Of a stretch of 64,000 bases of DNA, positions 56,360-64,000 are shown piece by piece (the first letter of the stretch is position 1; each line of letters starts with the position of its first letter). A program made the position numbers and the translations under genes. The notes below the pieces were generated by a model, which searched no databases, was not told the origin of the DNA, and was given only the letters and a program-made list of their open reading frames with translations. Source of the stretch: Cyclobacteriaceae bacterium (GTDB lineage: Bacteria; Bacteroidota; Bacteroidia; Cytophagales; Cyclobacteriaceae); NCBI GenBank assembly GCA_049115715.1, contig JAGDZQ010000007.1:35714-99713 (forward strand), read 5' to 3'.

Positions 56360-57910
56360 TTAGTCTACATTATCATGTAGATATTTGTTGTTTCCAAGTA
56401 TCTGATTGTCCTCTGTCAGATTGAATTTTGAAATGTTTCGATCTGCAGAATGTGGTACTTGAACGAAGTTTACTTTCTTACGCTCATATGCCGGGACATC
56501 ATATCTGGTTTTATAATCTTGAGCACTGATATCCGTCTTTTGAACGCCATTGAGTAACTCTTCTCTTCTTCTTCGCTCTTCCATTAATTCCACCTTTTTG
56601 GAATGAATGTCCATACTGGTCATTCTTGGAATATCAATCGGATCTTCTTTTTCCTGAGGTTTGGAATAAGAGAGTTCTTCCTCATCGTCAAACTCGAATT
56701 CGAAACTTTCTTCTTCATCTTCTTCCTCTACTGCTCTTCTTATTTCTTTTTTCAAAAAATCAAATGTAAAAGAGCGCTCGTCCGCTTGTTCCTCAACTTC
56801 TTCCTCTTCTTTATTACTGATTTCTATCTTATCGTCATTTTCTTCTTGTGTATTGAAAAGTCTGATCTGTTGTGGATTTTCTAAATCAAAAATCTTTTTC
56901 GTTTCTACAGGCTCAGATTTCACTTCTCGCTCCACATGCTTGATCTCCTCGTGATCAAAACCAGTAGCGATAACAGTCACCTTAATATTTTCTCCAAGCT
57001 CAGGATCTACACCGTGACCAAAGATCACATCGGCATCATCACCCGAAAACTCCTGCATGTAATCTGTAACTTCGGCCAGCTCATCCATTTGAAGTTCGGC
57101 TTCTTCACCGGACATGATGGAAAGCAATATTTTCTGTGCGCCATGGATGTTTTGATTGTTGAGCAATGGGGAGTTGAGTGCTTCCTCTGCTGCACGTCTT
57201 GCTCTGCTCTCACCGTAAGTCTGAGCTGAGCCCATCACAGCGGCACCTGCATCTTTCATCACAGTCTTGACATCTTCAAAATCCACATTGACATACCCTG
57301 GAACAGTGATAATTTCAGCTATTCCTTTTGCTGCCGTAGTAAGCACATTGTCAGCCTGACCAAAGGCTTCTCTGATCGCCAGGTTTCCAAAAATCTGACG
57401 AAGCTTATCATTTAGAATCACGAGTACAGTATCGCAGTTTTTCTTTAGAGCGGCGATACCCTCATTTGCCTGATTCATCTTTTTCTTACCTTCAAAAGCA
57501 AATGGTGCCGTGACGATACCTACAGTCAGAATGTCCATTTCTTTCGCAATCTCAGCAATGACGGGAGCTGCGCCAGTTCCGGTACCTCCACCCATCCCTG
57601 CTGTGATGAAAATCATCTTGGTATCCTCAGCAAGCATGTCGCGGATATCGTCTTTTGACTCAAGTGCCGCATTTCTTCCTTTTTCAGGATTTGCTCCAGC
57701 TCCCAACCCTCCTGTAAGAGATGTTCCCAACTGAATCTTATTTGGAACAGGGCTGCTTTCTAATGCTTGTATATCTGTGTTGCAGACAACAAACTCAACA
57801 TCCTTAATTCCAAGGTTAAACATGTGGTTTACGGCGTTTCCACCTCCACCACCTACTCCTACCACCTTGATGATGGATTTGTGATGTGTTGGTAAATCAA
57901 ATGAATACAT
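56360..57910 (-). CDS. ftsZ: Cell division protein FtsZ
   Basis: GVGGGGGNAV, GMGGGTGTG, NVDFEDV; long acidic linker; LHDNVD end. Confidence 0.98.
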   Translation of the reverse strand: MYSFDLPTHHKSIIKVVGVGGGGGNAVNHMFNLGIKDVEFVVCNTDIQALESSPVPNKIQLGTSLTGGLGAGANPEKGRNAALESKDDIRDMLAEDTKMIFITAGMGGGTGTGAAPVIAEIAKEMDILTVGIVTAPFAFEGKKKMNQANEGIAALKKNCDTVLVILNDKLRQIFGNLAIREAFGQADNVLTTAAKGIAEIITVPGYVNVDFEDVKTVMKDAGAAVMGSAQTYGESRARRAAEEALNSPLLNNQNIHGAQKILLSIMSGEEAELQMDELAEVTDYMQEFSGDDADVIFGHGVDPELGENIKVTVIATGFDHEEIKHVEREVKSEPVETKKIFDLENPQQIRLFNTQEENDDKIEISNKEEEEVEEQADERSFTFDFLKKEIRRAVEEEDEEESFEFEFDDEEELSYSKPQEKEDPIDIPRMTSMDIHSKKVELMEERRRREELLNGVQKTDISAQDYKTRYDVPAYERKKVNFVQVPHSADRNISKFNLTEDNQILGNNKYLHDNVD

Positions 57911-57981
57911 AATTTTGCCTTTTTTATTTTCTTAATTTCTTCTATATCCTTCGACCGGCAGGAGAATTCTGACTTCTACTC

Positions 57982-59277
57982 CTAATAATCGTTTTTATCG
58001 TCCAGGTCATCGATGAGAAGGTCTTTTGTCTTTTCGATGATGTTCTGAAAAAACTTGGCTCCCTTCTTATTCTTAACCTTCAGGTTTCCTCTACCTGCTT
58101 TTTCTTTATAGCTGTCTTCTCTTATGTCCAAAGCTCTGAATCCGGATAAAACTAAACCAACAGTCGTCGCGTACATTGGACTCTTCACTGAATCCAGCTT
58201 GCTCTTACCAAGGTGTTCATTTGGATGACCAATCCTGGTATCAAGACCTGTCATGTACTCGAATAACTGTTGAAGGTTCGTCAATTGCGAGCCTCCACCT
58301 GTCACCACTATGCCTGCAGCTAATTTTTTATGGAAGCCTGATGTGATAATCTCCGTGTGTACCATCTCAATGATCTCTTCCATTCTAGCTTCAATCACAT
58401 GCGCCAGATTTTTCAGTGATATTTCTTTCGGCTGTCTGTTTCTCAATCCAGGGATCGAAACAATATCATTTGGACTTGCTTCTTCCGCGATGGCTCTACC
58501 AAACTTGGTTTTAAGTAGCTCTGCTTGATGATCCATCACCATGCACCCCTGCTTAATGTCCGCCGTGATAATATTCCCTCCGAAAGGAATCACAGCCGTA
58601 TGGCGGATGATGTTGTCATAGAAAATGGCAATATCTGTAGTCCCGCCTCCTATATCAACCAAACAAACGCCTGCTTCTTTCTCTTCATCGCTAAGTACAG
58701 ATAGGCTTGATGCAAGTGGCTCCAAGATCAAATTTTCGATCTCAAGTCCAGCTCTTCTCACACACTTATTGATGTTGTTGATCGCATTCGTTTGCGCTGT
58801 GATGATATGAAAGTCCGCTTCTAGTTTAACACCTGACATCCCTACAGGATCTTTGATTCCGTCTTCATAATCCACAATGTAATCTTGTGGCATCACGTGA
58901 ATGATCTCGCTCCCTGGAGGGATAACAATACGATACATGTCACCTGTGAGTCTGTTGATATCCTCAACAGTGATTTCATCGTCCGAGCTTCGAGTTATAG
59001 ATCCATGATGCACCGCACTCTTGATGTGTTGTCCGGCGATCCCAACATTTACTACTTTGATATCAATACCCGACTGCTCACTTGCTTCAGAGATTGCTTT
59101 TTCGATCGCAACGACAGTCTTATCGATATTCGTCACAATACCTCTAATAACACCATCTGAAACAGCTTTTCCCATGCCGAGGACTTCCAACTTCCCGAAC
59201 TCATTTTTCTTCCCTACTATGGCACAAATCTTAGTTGTTCCAATGTCCAGGCCAACGATGATTTTATCTTCTTGCAT
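57982..59277 (-). CDS. ftsA: Cell division protein FtsA
   Basis: VGLDIGTTKI, LEPLASS, VDIGGGTTD, VTGGGSQL. Confidence 0.98.
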   Translation of the reverse strand: MQEDKIIVGLDIGTTKICAIVGKKNEFGKLEVLGMGKAVSDGVIRGIVTNIDKTVVAIEKAISEASEQSGIDIKVVNVGIAGQHIKSAVHHGSITRSSDDEITVEDINRLTGDMYRIVIPPGSEIIHVMPQDYIVDYEDGIKDPVGMSGVKLEADFHIITAQTNAINNINKCVRRAGLEIENLILEPLASSLSVLSDEEKEAGVCLVDIGGGTTDIAIFYDNIIRHTAVIPFGGNIITADIKQGCMVMDHQAELLKTKFGRAIAEEASPNDIVSIPGLRNRQPKEISLKNLAHVIEARMEEIIEMVHTEIITSGFHKKLAAGIVVTGGGSQLTNLQQLFEYMTGLDTRIGHPNEHLGKSKLDSVKSPMYATTVGLVLSGFRALDIREDSYKEKAGRGNLKVKNKKGAKFFQNIIEKTKDLLIDDLDDKNDY

Positions 59278-59333
59278 CTCTCTAATAGTTTAAAATCTTA
59301 ATATCTCTATTCTTCTGACTAGCAGATTATTTT

Positions 59334-60089
59334 TTATTTACAAACAATTTGATACTTGAATTTGAGATTGACCATACTGTAAGTATTCCATCCCTTATTC
59401 GGTAATATTTCTTTATAAAAAAGCTTAAGTTTTTTGAATTTCTCCTCTAATTCTTCCGGCATACCGAAAACAATTTCTTGCTTGGTAACCTGAGGTTGCA
59501 TCACCACTTGCCCGTCTTTTTGCAAAAGTAATCCGGCTATCTGAGCTTTCCAGAATTCATCGCCTTCAATAAAATGTAAAAGTTCAAGTAGTTGTCTCCC
59601 GTATCTACTTTCAGTGATATTTTCTTCCCATAAGAACTTCCTTTCCATTTCAATAATAGGTACCCTGGCGGTCTGTCTGGCAGTAGTTGGAAGCAAGTAT
59701 CCTTCAGTATCGATATAGGTATCCTCGCCATTTTGATTGAAAATTCTGGCCAATGGCTTAGCTTGATTTACTTTGATAATTAAATTTCCCTTCAGGTCTT
59801 TGAAGACTTGCGCCTCTTTTACGAAAGGATGGGTTTTCACTCTCTGCTCAAGCAATTTCAAATCCAATGAGCCGATAGATGAACCAAGCACATAATCAGT
59901 ACTCTCCGCATTTATAAGGCTTAGAACCTCCTGCTTGTCGGTGAAGTAGTTTCCATCCAATGTTTCAATATCGACCCTCACATCATTGACCTGCTTATAA
60001 GATCGCTTGACGCTAGAAAAACCAATCATAACAATCAGAAGTATGGCTGTAATAGAATAGAGCAATATGGTTTTTATATTCTTTTTCAA
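59334..60089 (-). CDS. ftsQ: Cell division protein FtsQ/DivIB
   Basis: N-terminal TM, HPFVKEAQV POTRA, NLKFKYQIVCK end; lies between murC and ftsA. Confidence 0.9.
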   Translation of the reverse strand: MKKNIKTILLYSITAILLIVMIGFSSVKRSYKQVNDVRVDIETLDGNYFTDKQEVLSLINAESTDYVLGSSIGSLDLKLLEQRVKTHPFVKEAQVFKDLKGNLIIKVNQAKPLARIFNQNGEDTYIDTEGYLLPTTARQTARVPIIEMERKFLWEENITESRYGRQLLELLHFIEGDEFWKAQIAGLLLQKDGQVVMQPQVTKQEIVFGMPEELEEKFKKLKLFYKEILPNKGWNTYSMVNLKFKYQIVCK

Positions 60090-61462
60090 CTTTTAGCTTC
60101 TTTAAAATGATTGCCAATCACTGGAACCAATTGGTCTATATCTCCTGCTCCTATTGTTACAAGAATATCTAAGTCTCTATTATCTAATTCTGCTATTAAT
60201 TTATCCTTGGATACGACCTTTCTATCTGGCGTAAACATTCTGTCAAGAATCATTTGCGAACTTACTCCTGAAATAGGCTCCTCTCTTGCCGGATAGATGT
60301 CAAGTAAGATCACTTCATCTGCCTGATCAAGGCTTTCGGCAAATCCTCCAAAAAAATCATTGGTACGACTGTATAAGTGCGGTTGAAAAATAGCCGTTAT
60401 CTTTTTCATCGGATACATACTTTTCACCGAACGCAAAATGGCAGTGACCTCTGCAGGATGATGCGCATAATCATCGATGTAGACGAAATCGTCTCTTCGA
60501 ACTATGTATTCGAACCTTCTTTTTACTCCACGATAGGTTTTAAATGCTTCTCTTATTTTTTCTGGTGGAACGTCTAACTCAACAGCTGCCGTAATCGCCG
60601 CAATTGCATTTTCGACATTGTGAAAACCAGGCACATAGAGTGCAATGTCTTTGATCGTCTTACGACCGTGATAGTTGAAGTAGAAAACGCCTCCAATGCC
60701 TCGAAGTGCACGAGCTTGATAATCCCCCTGATCGATCCCATAGGTATAGTACAGACTCTCAAGATGGATGCTGATCTTTTCTGCAGCCTTGTAGTGAATC
60801 AATATATTTCCATCTTCCGGCACCAAGCTAAGGAACTTGCCAAAGGCCTCTTGCATACTCTTCTCATCGCCATATATATCAAGATGATCTGCATCTACAG
60901 ATGTTACAATGGCATGATTGGGTGATAGTCTATGAAATGAGCGATCAAACTCATCCGCTTCAATTACAACTGGAGCATCATCCTTTCCGATGAGAAGGTT
61001 CGTATTGTAATTGGTCATGATTCCTCCCACAAAAGCAGAACATCCGTTCTCCGAATGGTGAAGAATATGAGCTAGCATAGAGGAAGTGGTAGTCTTGCCG
61101 TGGGTTCCTCCTACAGCTACACAATAGTGTCCTTTTGAAATGATCCCGAGAACTTCGGAACGTTTCTTTACATGAAATCCTTTTTTCAGATAAAAATTAA
61201 GCTCTCCATGCGATTCAGGAATGGCTGGAGTATAGACAATGAGTGCCCAGTCTTTTTCCTTAAATGTAGACGGGATTGCTTTCACTTTGTCTTCATAGTG
61301 AATCCAAATCCCCTCATCTTCTAAAGATCGTGTAAGTGGTGTACTCACTCTATCGTATCCAGCCACACGTTTTCCTCGCTGCTTAAACCAGCGTGCAATT
61401 GCACTCATGCCGATCCCTCCGATCCCAATAAAATAGACGCTATCGATTTTTTCCAATTCCAT
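60086..61462 (-). CDS. murC: UDP-N-acetylmuramate--L-alanine ligase
   Basis: FIGIGGIGMSA, GTHGKTTTSS, EADEFDRSF, DDYAHHP, FQPHLYSRT. Confidence 0.98.
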   Translation of the reverse strand: MELEKIDSVYFIGIGGIGMSAIARWFKQRGKRVAGYDRVSTPLTRSLEDEGIWIHYEDKVKAIPSTFKEKDWALIVYTPAIPESHGELNFYLKKGFHVKKRSEVLGIISKGHYCVAVGGTHGKTTTSSMLAHILHHSENGCSAFVGGIMTNYNTNLLIGKDDAPVVIEADEFDRSFHRLSPNHAIVTSVDADHLDIYGDEKSMQEAFGKFLSLVPEDGNILIHYKAAEKISIHLESLYYTYGIDQGDYQARALRGIGGVFYFNYHGRKTIKDIALYVPGFHNVENAIAAITAAVELDVPPEKIREAFKTYRGVKRRFEYIVRRDDFVYIDDYAHHPAEVTAILRSVKSMYPMKKITAIFQPHLYSRTNDFFGGFAESLDQADEVILLDIYPAREEPISGVSSQMILDRMFTPDRKVVSKDKLIAELDNRDLDILVTIGAGDIDQLVPVIGNHFKEAKS

Positions 61463-62586
61463 TATGCAGCGATCATTTTAATTATCTCATTGGCTATGTC
61501 TTGTGCAGCGTTTGCGTGAGCCATGGCTTTAATATTCTCACTCAACTCTGCTTTTTTCTTCTCATCATCGAGAAGTTCAAAAGCCGTATCAATCAAGGTT
61601 TCATTTGCTTCCTTATCTTTTACCAAGACAGCAGCGTTTCTTTCAACCAAAGCCATTGCATTGATGGTTTGATGATCCTCAGCAACGTTTGGTGACGGCA
61701 CCAGTATGCTTGTTTTACCTGTCAGCATGAGTTCCGCAATGGAAAGTGCGCCTGCTCTCGAAATCACAACATCAGCTACTGCATAGGCGTAATTCATTTC
61801 TCTAAGAAAATCATACATCCTAATATTGTCCGCCGCAACTCCAGCTCTTTCTATCATCTCATTGTAATAGAATCCGCCTGTTTGCCAGATCACCTGGTAT
61901 TCTGATGATTTCAGTTTATCATAAGAGGAAAGTATGCATTCATTGATCGTTCTTGCACCGAGGCTCCCGCCAACGATTAGAATTGTCTTGCGATTTTCAG
62001 AAAAGTTGAAAAAATCATAAGCCTCTTTCTTCTGAGATTGAGGTAAAAGAATTGTTCTGCGGACGGGGTTTCCCGTAACCACGAGTTTTTCCTTTGGGAA
62101 GTAGCGTTCCATTCCTTCATGAGCCACACAAATTTTTTGTACGTTTTTTGCCAATAATTTATTGGTCAGCCCTGCATAGGAGTTTTGCTCCTGAATGAGG
62201 GTTGGTAATTTCTTTTTAGTAGCAGCGTATAAAAGAGGACCACTTGCGTATCCTCCTACTCCTATTACTGCATCAGGTTTGAAGTTTCTAATCAAGCTGA
62301 ACGATTTCCAAACACTTGAAATGACTTTCAAAGGAAATATCAGGTTTTGAATAGAAAGGCTTCTTTGAAGTCCACTGATCCAGAGTCCTACGATTTCGAA
62401 CCCAGCTTCTGGAACTTTTTTCATTTCCATTTTGCCCTGAGCGCCTACAAACAGTATCTCAACATCACTCAATATTTCTTTCAAAGACTGGGCGATAGAG
62501 ACCGCAGGATAGATGTGTCCTCCTGTACCTCCACCACTTATCATGATCCGAAATGGTGATTGACGATATGTCTTGTTTTCTGTCAT
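61462..62586 (-). CDS. murG: Undecaprenyl-PP-MurNAc-pentapeptide GlcNAc transferase
   Basis: GGGTGGHIYP, GNPVR, GGSLGA, SRAGA, EDHQTINA. Confidence 0.98.
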   Translation of the reverse strand: MTENKTYRQSPFRIMISGGGTGGHIYPAVSIAQSLKEILSDVEILFVGAQGKMEMKKVPEAGFEIVGLWISGLQRSLSIQNLIFPLKVISSVWKSFSLIRNFKPDAVIGVGGYASGPLLYAATKKKLPTLIQEQNSYAGLTNKLLAKNVQKICVAHEGMERYFPKEKLVVTGNPVRRTILLPQSQKKEAYDFFNFSENRKTILIVGGSLGARTINECILSSYDKLKSSEYQVIWQTGGFYYNEMIERAGVAADNIRMYDFLREMNYAYAVADVVISRAGALSIAELMLTGKTSILVPSPNVAEDHQTINAMALVERNAAVLVKDKEANETLIDTAFELLDDEKKKAELSENIKAMAHANAAQDIANEIIKMIAA

Positions 62587-63764
62587 TAAACTGCTTCTCT
62601 CATATTATTTTTAAACTGATTGGCAAGCGGAGATCTTGCATCATCAATCTCTCCTCTACTCACGCTCAGTATAATTCCAATTGCTACTCCGGTAAATAGC
62701 TGTGATGTTCCTCCCATACTTATAAGAGGAAGCGGGAGCCCTGTTATCGGCCCTAAGCCTACCGCAACTCCCATGTTTACCACTGCTTGCATCACCAACG
62801 CGAAAGCAAGACCTGCCGAAAGTAATCCTCCATAAGCTCTGTCGCTCTCGGCGGCTGCCTTCATCCCTCGATACAATAAGGCCAGATAAAGGAGCAATAC
62901 AGAAAAGCCTCCTATCATGCCATACTCTTCCAAAATGATCGCAAAGACAAAATCAGAATATGGATGTGGCAAATAGTTTCTTTGATCGCTCTGCCCTGGG
63001 CCCTTTCCTGTAAGCCCTCCCGTTGCAATGGCGATATAAGCTTGCTTGGCTTGAAAAGCAATGGCCTCTTCATTAAAGAATGATTCAATAAACCCATCTA
63101 CGCGGGCAATTGCCGTTTCCAGTCTTTGGCCTGCCTTCAATGCAATGCCTCCTGAAATTGCCCCGATCACCAAAAGCATCGCCAAATACTTAACAGGCAC
63201 GCGACCAATAAACAATACCAACATGCAGGTAGCAAATAACAGCACCGCTGTGGAAATATTGGTTAAGGCAATAAGTCCACAAATCAACCCTATCCAAAGT
63301 AGTATTGGAATGATCGCTTTTTGAAAGTCATCTATGCTCTGCTGTTTCTTAGAAAGCATAGCGGCCAAAGTGACTAAAAGCGCCAGTTTTGCTAAATCGG
63401 AAGGCTGAAATCCTTGGTTGATAAATGGTATCGTGATCCACCGCGAGGCTTCATTGATATTGGAACCAAACTGCCATGTATAGAGAAGCAATGGAACGGA
63501 AAGCCATAGTGCTAGTCGAGAAAGCTTGGCATAATATCTATAGTCGACTTTATGTGCCAACCACATCGCAAAAAGGCTAAAAAACACTAATGCTGAATGT
63601 TTGATCAGGTAGTATTCTGTATCTCCACCCATCCTTTTGTAAGCAAGACTGCCTGTGGCACTATAGACAACCAGAATACTGAACATAGAAAGCAGAAATA
63701 CGATGAACCAAATCACAGGATCTCCCTTCAAATTTTTATAAGCCCAGTCTTTAATCACGCTCAT
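62586..63764 (-). CDS. ftsW: SEDS protein FtsW
   Basis: [37 protein letters not shown]. Confidence 0.96.
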   Translation of the reverse strand: MSVIKDWAYKNLKGDPVIWFIVFLLSMFSILVVYSATGSLAYKRMGGDTEYYLIKHSALVFFSLFAMWLAHKVDYRYYAKLSRLALWLSVPLLLYTWQFGSNINEASRWITIPFINQGFQPSDLAKLALLVTLAAMLSKKQQSIDDFQKAIIPILLWIGLICGLIALTNISTAVLLFATCMLVLFIGRVPVKYLAMLLVIGAISGGIALKAGQRLETAIARVDGFIESFFNEEAIAFQAKQAYIAIATGGLTGKGPGQSDQRNYLPHPYSDFVFAIILEEYGMIGGFSVLLLYLALLYRGMKAAAESDRAYGGLLSAGLAFALVMQAVVNMGVAVGLGPITGLPLPLISMGGTSQLFTGVAIGIILSVSRGEIDDARSPLANQFKNNMREAV

Positions 63765-64000
63765 GCTTCTAATGTTTTAGTCCCTGAAAATGATTTTACT
63801 GCTGCTTTGAACTGATCTCCTCTATCTTCATAGTTTTTGAATAAATCAAAGCTGGCGCAGGCTGGTGATAACAATATCACATCGCCCTTGGAAGCTAATT
63901 CGAAAGCTCTTTGGACTGCTTTTTCTGCAGAATAGGTTTCTACTATATTATCAACTGCATCTGCGAAGGAAGTTTTGAGTTGCTCATTATCAACTCCAAG
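63761..64000 (-). CDS. murD: UDP-MurNAc-L-Ala--D-Glu ligase, 3' end (runs off window end)
   Basis: Manual translation: [12 protein letters not shown]...[30 protein letters not shown]...EA*. The TGA overlaps the ftsW ATG. Confidence 0.95.
   Translation of the reverse strand, partial: LGVDNEQLKTSFADAVDNIVETYSAEKAVQRAFELASKGDVILLSPACASFDLFKNYEDRGDQFKAAVKSFSGTKTLEA

Noticed and set aside
56560-56880. Low-complexity acidic (E/D/F-rich) stretch in ftsZ
   Set aside because: Long disordered acidic linkers are normal for Bacteroidota FtsZ.
645-63815. Dozens of 60-150 aa ORFs in the track lying antisense to, or in another frame of, confident genes (e.g. 645..851, 29351..29698, 34540..34965, 49678..50136)
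   Set aside because: Shadow ORFs fully overlapping well-supported CDSs, with no recognisable motifs.
1-64000. CRISPR arrays, rRNA/tRNA genes, IS elements, prophage, parS or dif sites
   Set aside because: No regularly spaced repeats, T-loop/anticodon patterns, transposase, integrase or phage ORFs, or consensus sites seen by eye; a tRNAscan/Infernal run would confirm.

Overview
Chromosomal window from a Bacteroidota genome, most likely a gliding Cytophagales. This is inferred from gldA/F/G, porT, DUF4494/DUF5606/DUF6588-type genes, a T9SS C-terminal domain, TAnnTTTG promoter boxes and an FtsZ ending in LHDNVD. Housekeeping blocks (partial sixA, topA, dnaN, gldAFG, rsgA, ahpC, lysC, fbp, yihA, ubiE-porT, rnhA, scoAB, and the dcw cluster murD-ftsW-murG-murC-ftsQ-ftsA-ftsZ) alternate with accessory patches. 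I saw no rRNA, tRNA, CRISPR array, IS or phage gene. Best leads: (1) a 1338-aa T9SS-secreted FG-GAP/ASPIC-UnbV + vanadium-haloperoxidase-type fusion next to an unclassified glycoside-hydrolase-like lipoprotein; (2) a Roadblock/LC7 + orphan SiaC (DUF1987) pair behind a possibly structured, pseudoknot-capable leader; (3) an XRE-Fic fusion between topA and dnaN with an inverted repeat over its own promoter; (4) clear tandem operator candidates for the MarR and PadR genes; (5) three gene lesions not evident in the ORF track: an in-frame TGA in an M61-like peptidase, an in-frame TAA between MarR and GNAT, and a frameshifted ACP-like pseudogene. All family assignments come from motif recognition by eye; no database searches were run.
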